Of a stretch of 64,000 bases of DNA, positions 38,101 through 53,100 are shown piece after piece. Below the pieces are notes generated by a model that was not told where the DNA came from, did no database searches, and saw only the letters and a program-made list of their open reading frames with translations. The first letter of the stretch is position 1; each line of letters opens with the position of its first letter. Source of the stretch: Eledone cirrhosa (Eukaryota); assembly GCA_964016885.1 (NCBI GenBank), contig OZ024752.1, positions 27,218,001-27,282,000 on the forward strand. The letters are read 5' to 3'. The position numbers and the translations under genes are program-made.

Positions 38101-41100
38101 CTATCCACACACAAACTGTGGAACTAGTACCAACTTCGGTTATCAACACACAAACTGTGGAGCTAGTACCAACTTCGTCTATCAAGACACAAACTGTGGA
38201 ACTAGTACCAACTTCGTCTATCAACACACAAACTGTGGACCTGGTACCAACTTCGGCTATCAACACACAATCTGTGGAACTAGTCTCAACTTCGTCTATC
38301 AACACACAAACTGTGGAACTAGTACCAACTTCGGCTATCAACACACAAACTGTGGAACTAGTACCAACTTCGTCTATCAACACACAAACTGTGGAACTAG
38401 TACCAACTTCGTCTATCAACACACAAACTGTGGAACTAGTACCAACTTCGACTATCAACACACAAACTGTGGAACTAGTACCAACTTTGGCTATCAACAC
38501 ACAAACTGTGGAACTAGTACCAACTTTGGCTATCAACACACAACCTGACGAACTAGTACCAACCTCGTCTATCAACACACAAACTGTGGAACTAGTACCA
38601 ACTTCGGATGTCAACACACAAACTGTGGAACTAGTACCAACTTCGGCTATCAACACACAAACTGTGGACCTAGTACCAATTTCGTCTATCCACACACAAA
38701 CTGTTGAACTAGTACCAACTTCGGTTATCAACACACAAACTGTGGAGCTAGTACCAACTATGTCTATCAAGACACAAACTGTGGAACTAGTACCAACTTC
38801 GGCTATCAACACACAATGTGTGGAACTAGTACCGACTTCGTCTATCAACACACAAACTGTGGAACTAGTACCAACTTCGTCTATCAACACACAAACTGTG
38901 GAATTAGTACCAACTTCGTCTATCAACACACAAACTATGGAACTAGTACCAACTTCGTCTATCAACACACAAACTGTGAAACTAGTACCAACTTCGGCTA
39001 TCAACACACAAACTGTGGAACTAGTACAGACTTCGTCTATCAACACACAAACTGTGGGACTAGTACCGACTTCGGCTATCAACACACAAATTGTGGAACT
39101 AGTACCAACTTCGACTATCAACACACAAACTGTGGAACTAGTACCAACTTCTTCTATCAACACACAAACTGTGGAACTAGTACCAACTTCGACTATCAAC
39201 ACACAAACTGTGGAACAAGTACCAACTTCGACTATCAACACACAAACTGTGGAACTAGTACCAACTTCGGCTATCAACACACAAACTGTGGAACTAGTAC
39301 CAACTTCGTCTATTAACACAGAAACTGTGGAACTAGTACCAACTTCTTCTATCAACACACAAACTGTGCAACTAGTACCAACTTCGGCTATCAACACACA
39401 AACTCTGGAACTAGTACCAACTTCTTCTATCAACACACAAACTGTGCAACTAGTACCAACTTCGGCTATCAACACACAAACAATGGAACTAGTACCAACT
39501 TCGTCTATCAACACACAAACTGTGGAACTAGTACCAACTTCTTCTATCAACACACAAACTGTGGAACTAGTACCAACTTCGACTATCAACACACAAACTT
39601 TGGAACTAGTACCAACTTCTTCTATCAACACACAAACTGTGCAACTGGTACCAACTTCGGCTATCAACACACAAACTTTGGAACTAGTACCAACTTCGAC
39701 TATCAACACACAAACTGTGGAACTAGTACCAACTTCTTCTATCAACACACAAACTGTGCAACTGGTACCAACCTCGGCTATCAACACAGAAACTGTGGAA
39801 CTAGTACAAACTTCGTGTATCAACACGCAAACTGTGGAACTAGTACCAACTTCTATCAACACACAAACTGTGCAACTAGTACCAACTTCGTCTATCAACA
39901 CACAAACTGTGGAACTAGTACCAACTTCGGCTATCAACACACAAACTGTGGAACTAGTACCAACTTCGGCTATCAACACACAAACTGTGCAACTATTACC
40001 AACTTCGGCTATCAACACACAAACTGTGGAACTAGTACAAACTTCTAGTATCAACACACAAACTGTGGAACTAGTACCAACTTCGGCTATCAACACACAA
40101 ACTTCTGGAACTAGTACCAACTTCGGCTATCAACACACAAACTGTGGACCTAGTGCCAACGTCGTCTATCAACACACAAACTGTGGAACTAGTACCAACT
40201 TCGTCTATCAACACACAAACTGTGGAACTAGTACCAGCTTCGGCTATCAACAGACAAACTGTAGAACTAGTACCAACTTCGTCTATCAACACACAAACTG
40301 TGGAACTAGTACCAACTTCGTCTATCAACACACAAACTGTGAAACTAGTGCCAACTTCTTTATCAACACACAAACTGTGCAACTAGTACCAACTTCGGCT
40401 ATCAACACACAAACTGTGGAACTAGTACCAACTACAGCTATCAACACACATTCTCTGGAACTAGTACCAGCTTCGTCTATCAACACACAAACTGTGGAAC
40501 TAGTACAAACTTCGTGTATCAACACACAAACTGTGGAACTAGTACCAACTTCGGCTATCAACACACAAAATGTGGAACTAGTACCAACTTCGGCTATCAA
40601 CACACAAACTGTGGAACTAGTACCAACTTTGGCTATCAACACACAAACTGTGGAACTAGTACCAACTTTGGCTATCAACACACAACCTGACGAACTAGTA
40701 CCAACCTCGTCTATCAACACACAAACTGTGGAACTAGAACCAACTTCGGATGTCAACACACAAACTGTGGAGCTAGTACCAACTTCGGCTATCAACACAC
40801 AAACTGTGGACCTAGTACCAATTTCGTCTATCCACACACAAACTGTGGAACTAGTACCAACTTCGGTTATCAACACACAAACTGTGGAGCTAGTACCAAC
40901 TTCGTCTATCAAGACACAAACTGTGGAACTAGTACCAACTTCGTCTATCAACACACAATGTGTGGAACTAGTACCAACTTCGTCTATCAACACACAAACT
41001 GTGGAACTAGTACCAACTTCGTCTATCAACACACAAACTGTGGAATTAGTACCAACTTCGTCTATCAACACACAAACTGTGGAACTAGTACCAACTTCCT

Positions 41101-44100
41101 CTATCAACACACAAACTGTGGAACTAGTACCAACTTCGGCTATCAACACACAAACTGTGGAACTAGTACAGACTTCGTCTATCAACACACAAACTGTGGA
41201 ACTAGTACCGACTTCGGCTATCAACACACAAATTGTGGAACTAGTACCAACTTCGACTATCAACACACAAACTGTGGAACTAGTACCAACTTCTTCTATC
41301 AACACACAAACTGTGGAACTAGTACCAACTTCGACTATCAACACACAAACTGTGGAACAAGTACCAACTTCGACTATCAACACACAAACTGTGGAACTAG
41401 TACCAACTTCGTCTATTAACACAGAAACTGTGGAACTAGTACCAACTTCTTCTATCAACACACAAACTGTGCAACTAGTACCAACTTCGGCTATCAACAC
41501 ACAAACTGTGGAACTAGTACCAACTTCTTCTATCAACACACAAACTGTGCAACTAGTACCAACTTCGGCTATCAACACACAAACTGTGGAACTAGTACCA
41601 ACTTCGTCTATCAACACACAAACTGTGGAACTAGTACCAACTTCTTCTATCAACACACAAACTGTGGAACTAGTACCAACTTCGACTATCAACACACAAA
41701 CTGTGGAACTAGTACCAACTTCTTCTATCAACACACAAACTGTGCAACTGGTACCAACTTCGGCTATCAACACACAAACTGTGGAACTAGTACCAACTTC
41801 GACTATCAACACACAAACAGTGGAACTAGTACCAACTTCTTCTATCAACACACAAACTGTGCAACTCGTACCAACCTCGGCTATCAACACAGAAACTGTG
41901 GAACTAGTACAAACTTCGTGTATCAACACGCAAACTGTGGAACTAGTACCAACTTCTATCAACACACAAACTGTGCAACTAGTACCAACTTCGTCTATCA
42001 ACACACAAACTGTGGAACTAGTACCAACTTCGGCTATCAACACACAAACTGTGGAACTAGTACCAACTTCGGCTATCAACACACAAACTGTGCAACTATT
42101 ACCAACTTCGACTATCAACACAGAAACTGTGGAACTAGTACAAACTTCTAGTATCAACACACAAACTGTGGAACTAGTAGCAACTTCGGCTATCAACACA
42201 CAAACTGTGGAACTAGTACCAGCTTCGGCTATCAACACACAAACTGTGGACCTAGTGCCAACGTCGTCTATCAACACATAAACTGTGGAACTAGTACCAA
42301 CTTCGTCTATCAACACACAAACTGTGGAACTAGTACCAGCTTCGGCTATCAACAGACAAACTGTAGAACTAGTACCAACTTCGTCTATCAACACACAAAC
42401 TGTGGAACTAGTACCAACTTCGTCTATCAACACACAAACTGTGAAACTAGTGCCAACTTCTTTATCAACACACAAACTGTGCAACTAGTACCAACTTCGT
42501 CTATCAACACACAAACTGTGGAACTAGTACCAACTTCGTCTATCAACACACAAACTGTGGAACTAGTACCAACTTCGACTATCAACACACAAACTGTGGA
42601 ACTAGTACCAACTTTGGCTATCAACACACAATCTGTGGAACTAGTACCAACTTTGGCTATCAACTCACAACCTGACGAACTAGTACCAACCTCGTCTATC
42701 AACACACAAACTGTGGAACTAGTACCAACTTCGGATGTCAACACACAAACTGTGGAACTAGTACCAACTTCGGCTATCAACACACAAACTGTGGACCTAG
42801 TACCAATTTCGTCTATCCACACACAAACTGTGGAACTAGTACCAACTTCGGTTATCAACACACAATGTGTGGAACTAGTACCAACTTCGTCTATCAACAC
42901 ACAAACTGTGGAACTAGTACCAACTTCGTCTATCAACACACAATGTGTGGAACTAGTACCAACTTCGTCTATCAACACACAAACTGTGGAACTAGTACCA
43001 ACTTCGTCTATCAACACACAAACTGTGGAATTAGTACCAACTTCGTCTATCAACACACAAACTGTGGAACTAGTACCAACTTCCTCTATCAACACACAAA
43101 CTGTGGAACTAGTACCAACTTCGGCTATCAACACACAAACTGTGGAACTAGTACAGAATTCGTCTATCAACACACAAACTGTGGAACTAGTACCGACTTC
43201 GGCTATCAACACACAAATTGTGGAACTAGTACCAACTTCGACTATCAACACACAAACTGTGGAACTAGTACCAACTTCTTCTATCAACACACAAACTGTG
43301 GAACTAGTACCAACTTCGACTATCAACACACAAACTGTGGAACAAGTACCAACTTCGACTATCAACACACAAACTGTGGAACTAGTACCAACTTCGTCTA
43401 TTAACACAGAAACTGTGGAACTAGTACCAACTTCTTCTATCAACACACAAACTGTGCAACTAGTACCAACTTCGGCTATCAACACACAAACTGTGGAACT
43501 AGTACCAACTTCTTCTATCAACACACAAACTGTGCAACTAGTACCAACTTCGGCTATCAACACACAAACTGTGGAACTAGTACCAACTTCGTCTATCAAC
43601 ACACAAACTGTGGAACTAGTACCAACTTCTTCTATCAACACACAAACTGTGGAACTAGTACCAACTTCGACTATCAACACACAAACTGTGGAACTAGTAC
43701 CAACTTCTTCTATCAACACACAAACTGTGCAACTGGTACCAACTTCGGCTATCAACACACAAACTGTGGAACTAGTACCAACTTCGACTATCAACACACA
43801 AACTGTGGAACTAGTACCAACTTCTTCTATCAACACACAAACTGTGCAACTCGTACCAACCTCGGCTATCAACACAGAAACTGTGGAACTAGTACAAACT
43901 TCGTGTATCAACACGCAAACTGTGGAACTAGTACCAACTTCTATCAACACACAAACTGTGCAACTAGTACCAACTTCGTCTATCAACACACAAACTGTGG
44001 AACTAGTACCAACTTCGGCTATCAACACACAAACTGTGGAACTAGTACCAACTTCGGCTATCAACACACAAACTGTGCAACTATTACCAACTTCGGCTAT

Positions 44101-47100
44101 CAACACAGAAACTGTGGAACTAGTACAAACTTCTAGTATCAACACACAAACTGTGGAACTAGTAGCAACTTCGGCTATCAACACACAAACTGTGGAACTA
44201 GTACCAACTTCGGCTATCAACACACAAACTGTGGACCTAGTGCCAACGTCGTCTATCAACACATAAACTGTGGAACTAGTACCAACTTCGTCTATCAACA
44301 CACAAACTGTGGAACTAGTACCAGCTTCGGCTATCAACAGACAAACTGTAGAACTAGTACCAACTTCGTCTATCAACACACAAACTGTGGAACTAGTACC
44401 AACTTCGTCTATCAACACACAAACTGTGAAACTAGTGCCAACTTCTTTATCAACACACAAACTGTGCAACTAGTACCAACTTCGTCTATCAACACACAAA
44501 CTGTGGAACTAGTACCAACTTCGTCTATCAACACACAAACTGTGGAACTAGTACCAACTTCGACTATCAACACACAAACTGTGGAACTAGTACCAACTTT
44601 GGCTATCAACACACAATCTGTGGAACTAGTACCAACTTTGGCTATCAACTCACAACCTGACGAACTAGTACCAACCTCGTCTATCAACACACAAACTGTG
44701 GAACTAGTACCAACTTCGGATGTCAACACACAAACTGTGGAACTAGTACCAACTTCGGCTATCAACACACAAACTGTGGACCTAGTACCAATTTCGTCTA
44801 TCCACACACAAACTGTGGAACTAGTACCAACTTCGGTTATCAACACACAAACTGTGGAGCTAGTACCAACTTCGTCTATCAAGACACAAACTGTGGAACT
44901 AGTACCAACTTCGGCTATCAACACACAATGTGTGGAACTAGTACCAACTTCGTCTATCAACACACAAACTGTGGAACTAGTACCAACTTCGTCTATCAAC
45001 ACACAAACTGTGGAATTAGTACCAACTTCGTCTATCAACATACAAACTATGGAACTAGTACCAACTTCGTCTATCAACACACAAACTGTGGAACTAGTAC
45101 CAACTTCGGCTATCAACACACAAACTGTGGAACTAGTACAGACTTCGTCTATCAACACACAAACTGTGGGACTAGTACCGACTTCGGCTATCAACACACA
45201 AATTGTGGAACTAGTACTAACTTCGACTATCAACACACAAACTGTGGAACTAGTACCAACTTCTTCTATCAACACACAAACTGTGGAACTAGTACCAACT
45301 TCGACTATTAACACACAAACTGTGGAACAAGTACCAACTTCGACTATCAACACACAAACTGTGGAACTAGTACCAACTTCGGCTATCAACACACAAACTG
45401 TGGAACTAGTACCAACTTCGTCTATTAACACAGAAACTGTGGAACTAGTACCAACTTCTTCTATCAAAACACAAACTGTGCAACTAGTACCAACTTCGGC
45501 TATCAACACACAAACTCTGGAACTAGTACCAACTTCTTCTATCAACACACAAACTGTGCAACTAGTACCAACTTCGGCTATCAACACACAAACTGTGGGA
45601 CTAGTACCAACTTCGTCTATCAATACACAAACTGTGGAACTAGTACCAACTTCTTCTATCAACACACAAACTGTGGAACTAGTACCAACTTCGACTATCA
45701 ACACACAAACTTTGGAACTAGTACCAACTTCTTCTATCAACACACAAACTGTGCAACTGGTACCAACTTCGGCTATCAACACACAAACTGTGGAACTAGT
45801 ACCAACTTCGACTATCAACACACAAACTGTGGAACTAGTACCAACTTCTTCTATCAACACACAAACTGTGCAACTGGTACCAACCTCGGCTATCAACACA
45901 GAAACTGTGGAACTAGTACAAACTTCGTGTATCAACATGCAAACTGTGGAACTAGTACCAACTTCTATCAACACACAAACTGTGCAACTAGTACCAACTT
46001 CGTCTATCAACACACAAACTGTGGAACTAGTACCAACTTCGGCTATCAACACACAAACTGTGGAACTAGTACCAACTTCGGCTATCAACACACAACCTGA
46101 CGAACTAGTACCAACCTCGTCTATCAACACACAAACTGTGGAGCTAGTACCAACTTCGATTGTCAACACACAAACTGTGGAGCTAATACCAACTTCGGCT
46201 ATCAACACACAAACTGTGGACCTAGTACCAATTTCGTCTATCCACACACAAACTGTGGAACTAGTACCAACTTCGGTTATCAACACACAAACTGTGGAGC
46301 TAGTACCAACTTCGTCTATCAAGACACAAACTGTGGAACTAGTACCAACTTCGGCTATCAACACACAATGTGTGGAACTAGTACCAACTTCGTCTATCAA
46401 CACACAAACTGTGGAACTAGTACCAACTTCGTCTATCAACACACAAACTGTGGAATTAGTACCAACTTCGTCTATCAACACACAAACTGTGGAACTAGTA
46501 CCAACTTCCTCTATCAACACACAAACTGTGGAACTAGTACCAACTTCGGCTATCAACACACAAACTGTGGACCTAGTACAGACTTCGTCTATCAACACAC
46601 AAACTGTGGAACTAGTACCGACTTCGGCTATCAACACACAAATTGTGGAACTAGTACCAACTTCGACTATCAACACACAAACTGTGGAACTAGTACCAAC
46701 TTCTTCTATCAACACACAAACTGTGGAACTAGTACCAACTTCGACTATCAACACACAAACTGTGGAACAAGTACCAACTTCGACTATCAACACACAAACT
46801 GTGGAACTAGTACCAACTTCGGCTATCAACACACAAACTGTGGAACTAGTACCAACTTTGTCTATTAACACAGAAACTGTGGAACTAGTACCAACTTCTT
46901 CTATCAACACACAAACTGTGCAACTAGTACCAACTTCGTCTATCAACACACAAACTGTGGAACTAGTACCAACTTCTTCTATCAACACACAAACTGTGGA
47001 ACTAGTACCAACTTCGACTATCAACACACAAACTGTGGAACTAGTACCAACTTCTTCTATCAACACACAAACTGTGCAACTGGTACCAACTTCGGCTATC

Positions 47101-50100
47101 AACACACAAACTGTGGAACTAGTACCAACTTCGACTATCAACACACAAACTGTGGAACTAGTACCAACTTCTTCTATCAACACACAAACTGTGCAACTCG
47201 TACCAACCTCGGCTATCAACACACAAACTGTGGAACTAGTACAAACTTCGTGTATCAACACGCAAACTGTGGAACTAGTACCAACTTCTATCAACACACA
47301 AACTGTGCAACTAGTACCAACTTCGTCTATCAACACACAAGCTGTGGAACTAGTACCAACTTCGGCTATCAACACACAAACTGTGGAACTAGTACCAACT
47401 TCGGCTATCAACACTCAAACTGTGCAACTATTACCAACTTCGGCTATCAACACAGAAACTGTGGAACTAGTACAAACTTCTACTATCAACACACAAACTG
47501 TGGAACTAGTACCAACTTCGGCTATCAACACACAAACTGTGGACCTAGTGCCAACGTCGTCTATCAACACATAAACTGTGGAACTAGTACCAACTTCGTC
47601 TATCAACACACAAACTGTGGAACTAGTACCAGCTTCGGCTATCAACAGACAAATGGTAGAACTAGTACCAACTTCGTCTATCAACACACAAACTGTGGAA
47701 CTAGTACCAACTTCGTCTATCAACACACAAACTGTGAAACTAGTGCCAACTTCTTTATCAAAACACAAACTGTGCAACTAGTACCAACTTCGTCTATCAA
47801 CACACAAACTGTGGAACTAGTACCAACTTCGTCTATCAACACACAAACTGTGAAACTAATACCAACTTCGACTATCAACACACAAACTGTGGAACTAGTA
47901 CCAACTTTGGCTATCAACACACAATCTGTGGAACTAGTACCAACTTTGGCTATCAACACACAACCTGACGAACTAGTACCAACCTCGTCTATCAACACAC
48001 AAACTGTGGAACTAGTACCAACTTCGGATGTCAACACACAAACTGTGGAACTAGTACCAACTTCGGCTATCAACACACAAACTGTGGACCTGGTACCAAT
48101 TTCGTCTATCCACACACAACCTGTGGAACTAGTACCAACTTCGGTTATCAACACACAAACTGTGGAGCTAGTACCAACTTCGTCTATCAAGACACAAACT
48201 GTGGAACTAGTACCAACTTCGGCTATCAACACACAATGTGTGGAACTAGTACCAACTTCGTCTATCAACACACAAACTGTGGAACTAGTACCAACTTCGT
48301 CTATCAACACACAAACTGTGGAATTAGTACCAACTTCGTCTATCAACACACACACTATGGAACTAGTACCAACTTCGTCTATCAACACACAAATTGTGGA
48401 CCTAGTACCAACTTCTTCTATCAACACACAAACTGTGGAACTAGTACCAACTTCGTCTATTAACACAGAAACTGTGGAACTAGTACCAACTTCTTCTATC
48501 AACACACAAACTGTGCAACTAGTACCAACTTCGGCTATCAACACACAAACTCTGGAACTAGTACCAACTTCTTCTATCAACACACAAACTGTTCAACTAG
48601 TACCAACTTCGGCTATCAACACACAAACTGTGGGACTAGTACCAACTTCGTCTATCAATACACAAACTGTGGAACTAGTACCAACTTCTTCTATCAACAC
48701 ACAAACTGTGGAACTAGTACCAACTTCGACTATCAACACACAAACTTTGGAACTAGTACCAACTTCTTCTATCAACACACAAACTGTGCAACTGGTACCA
48801 ACTTCGGCTATCAACACACAAACTGTGGAACTAGTACCAACTTCGACTATCAACACACAAACTGTGGAACTAGTACCAACTTCTTCTATCAACACACAAA
48901 CTGTGGAACTAGTACCAACTTCGTCTATTAACACAGAAACTGTGGAACTAGTACCAACTTCTTCTATCAACACACAAACTGTGCAACTAGTACCAACTTC
49001 GGCTATCAACACACAAACTCTGGAACTAGTACCAACTTCTTCTATCAACACACAAACTGTGCAACTAGTACCAACTTCGGCTATCAACACACAAACTGTG
49101 GGACTAGTACCAACTTCGTCTATCAATACACAAACTGTGGAACTAGTACCAACTTCTTCTATCAACACACAAACTGTGGAACTAGTACCAACTTCGTCTA
49201 TCAACACACAAACTTTGGAACTAGTACCAACTTCTTCTATCAACACACAAACTGTGCAACTGGTACCAACTTCGGCTATCAACACACAAACTGTGGAACT
49301 AGTACCAACTTCGACTATCAACACACAAACTGTGGAACTAGTACCAACTTCTTCTATCAACACACAAACTGTGCAACTGGTACCAACCTCGGCTATCAAC
49401 ACAGAAACTGTGGAACTAGTACAAACTTCGTGTATCAACGCGCAAACTGTGGAACTAGTACCAACTTCTATCAACACACAAACTGTGCAACTAGTACCAA
49501 CTTCGTCTATCAACACACAAACTGTGGAACTAGTACCAACTTCGGCTATCAACACACAAACTGTGGAACTAGTACCAACTTCGGCTATCAACACACAACC
49601 TGACGAACTAGTACCAACCTCGTCTATCAACACACAAACTGTGGAACTAGTACCAACTTCGATTGTCAACACACAAACTGTGGAGCTAGTACCAACTTCG
49701 GCTATCAACACACAAAGTGTGGACCTATTACCAATTCCGTCTATCCACACACAAACTGTGGAACTAGTACCAACTTCGGTTATCAACACACAAACTGTGG
49801 AGCTAGTACCAACTTCGTCTATCAAGACACAAACTGTGGAACTAGTACCAACTTCGGCTATCAACACACAATGTGTGGAACTAGTACCAACTTCGTCTAT
49901 CAACACACAAACTGTGGAACTAGTACCAACTTCGTCTATCAACACACAAACTGTGGAATTAGTACCAACTTCGTCTATCAACACACAAACTGTGGAACTA
50001 GTACCAACTTCCTCTATCAACACACAAACTGTGGAACTAGTACCAACTTCGGCTATCAACACACAAACTGTGGACCTAGTACAGACTTCGTCTATCAACA

Positions 50101-53100
50101 CACAAACTGTGGAACTAGTACCGACTTCGGCTATCAACACACAAATTGTGGAACTAGTACCAACTTCGACTATCAACACACAAACTGTGGAACTAGTACC
50201 AACTTCTTCTATCAACACACAAACTGTGGAACTAGTACCAACTTCGACTATCAACACACAAACTGTGGAACAAGTACCAACTTCGACTATCAACACACAA
50301 ACTGTGGAACTAGTACCAACTTCGGCTATCAACACACAAACTGTGGAACTAGTACCAACTTCGTCTATTAACACAGAAACTGTGGAACTAGTACCAACTT
50401 CGGCTATCAACACACAAACTGTGGAACTAGTACCAACTTCGACTATCAACACACAAACTGTGGAACTAGTACCAACTTCTTCTATCATCACACAAACTGT
50501 GCAACTCGTACCAACCTCGGCTATCAACACAGAAACTGTGGAACTAGTACAAACTTCGTGTATCAACACGCAAACTGTGGAACTAGTACCAACTTCTATC
50601 AACACACAAACTGTGCAACTAGTACCAACTTCGTCTATCAACACACAAGCTGTGGAACTAGTACCAACTTCGGCTATCAACACACAAACTGTGGAACTAG
50701 TACCAACTTCGGCTATCAACACACAAACTGTGCAACTATTACCAACTTCGGCTATCAACACAGAAACTGTGGAACTAGTACAAACTTCTAGTATCAACAC
50801 ACAAACTGTGGAACTAGTACCAACTTGGGCTATCAACACACAAACTGTGGACCTAGTGACAACGTCGTCTATCAACACATAAACTGTGGAACTAGTACCA
50901 ACTTCGTCTATCAACACACAAACTGTGGAACTAGTACCAGCTTCGGCTATCAACAGACAAACTGTAGAACTAGTACCAACTTCGTCTATCAACACACAAA
51001 CTGTGGAACTAGTACCAACTTCGTCTATCAACACACAAACTGTGAAACTAGTGCCAACTTCTTTATAAACACACAAACTGTGCAACTAGTACCAACTTCG
51101 TCTATCAACACACAAACTGTGGAACTAGTACCAACTTCGTCTATCAACACACAAACTGTGAAACTAGTACCAACTTCGACTATCAACACACAAACTGTGG
51201 AACTAGTACCAACTTTGGCTATCAACACACAATCTGTGGAACTAGTACCAACTTTGGCTATCAACACACAACCTGACGAACTAGTACCAACCTCGTCTAT
51301 CAACACACAAACTGTGGAACTAGTACCAACTTCGGATGTCAACACACAAACTGTGGAACTAGTACCAACTTCGGCTATCAACACACAAACTGTGGACCTG
51401 GTACCAATTTCGTCTATCCACACACAAACTGTGGAACTAGTACCAACTTCGGTTATCAACACACAAACTGTGGAGCTAGTACCAACTTCGTCTATCAAGA
51501 CACAAACTGTGGAACTAGTACCAACTTCGGCTATCAACACACAATGTGTGGAACTAGTACCAACTTTGTCTATCAACACACAATCTGTGGAACTAGTACC
51601 AACTTCGTCTATCAACACACAAACTGTGGAATTAGTACCAACTTCGTCTATCAACACACACACTATGGAACTAGTACCAACTTCGTCTATCAACACACAA
51701 ACTGTGGAACTAGTACCAACTTCTTCTATCAACACACAAACTGTGCAACTAGTACCAACTTCGGCTATCAACACACAAACTCTGGAACTAGTACCAACTT
51801 CTTCTATCAACACACAAACTGTGCAACTAGTACCAACTTCGGCTATCAACACACAAACAATGGAACTAGTACCAACTTCGTCTATCAACACACAAACTGT
51901 GGAACTAGTACCAACTTCTTCTATCAACACACAAACTGTGGAACTAGTACCAACTTCGACTATCAACACACAAACTTTGGAACTAGTACCAACTTCTTCT
52001 ATCAACACACAAACTGTGCAACTGGTACCAACTTCATCTATCAACACACAAACTGTGGAACTAGTACCAACTTCGACTATCAACACACAAACTGTGGAAC
52101 TAGTACCAACTTCTTCTATCAACACACAAACTGTGCAACTGGTACCAACCCCGGCTATCAACACAGAAACTGTGGAACTAGTACAAACTTCGTGTATCAA
52201 CACGCAAACTGTGGAACTAGTACCAACTTCTATCAACACACAAACTGTGCAACTAGTACCAACTTCGTCTATCAACACATAAACTGTGGAACTAGTACCA
52301 ACTTCGGCTATCAACACACAAACTGTGGAACTAGTACCAACTTCGGCTATCAACACACAAACTGTGCAACTATTACCAACTTCGGCTATCAACACACAAA
52401 CTGTGGAACTAGTACAAACTTCTAGTATCAACACACAAACTGTGGAACTAGTACCAACTTCGGCTATCAACACACACACTGTGGAACTAGTACCAACTTC
52501 GGCTATCAACACACAAACTGTGGACCTAGTGCCAACGTCGTCTATCAACACACAAACTGTGGAACTAGTACCAACTTCGTCTATCAACACACAAACTGTG
52601 GAACTAGTACCAGCTTCGGCTATCAACAGACAAACTGTAGAACTAGTACCAACTTCGTCTATCAACACACAAACTGTGGAACTAGTACCAACTTCGTCTA
52701 TCAACACACAAATTGTGAAACTAGTGCCAACTTCTTTATCAACACACAAACTGTGCAACTAGTACCAACTTCGGCTATCAACACACAAACTGTGGAACTA
52801 GTACCAACTACAGCTATCAACACACATTCTCTGGAACTAGTACCAGCTTCGTCTATCAACACACAAACTGTGGAACTAGTACAAACTTCGTGTATCAACA
52901 CACAAACTGTGGAACTAGTACCAACTTTGGCTATCAACACACAAACTGTGGAACTAGTACCAACTTTGGCTATCAACACACAACCTGACGAACTAGTACC
53001 AACCTCGTCTATCAACACACAAACTGTGGAACTAGTACCAACTTCGGATGTCAACACACAAACTGTGGAGCTAGTACCAACTTCGGCTATCAACACACAA

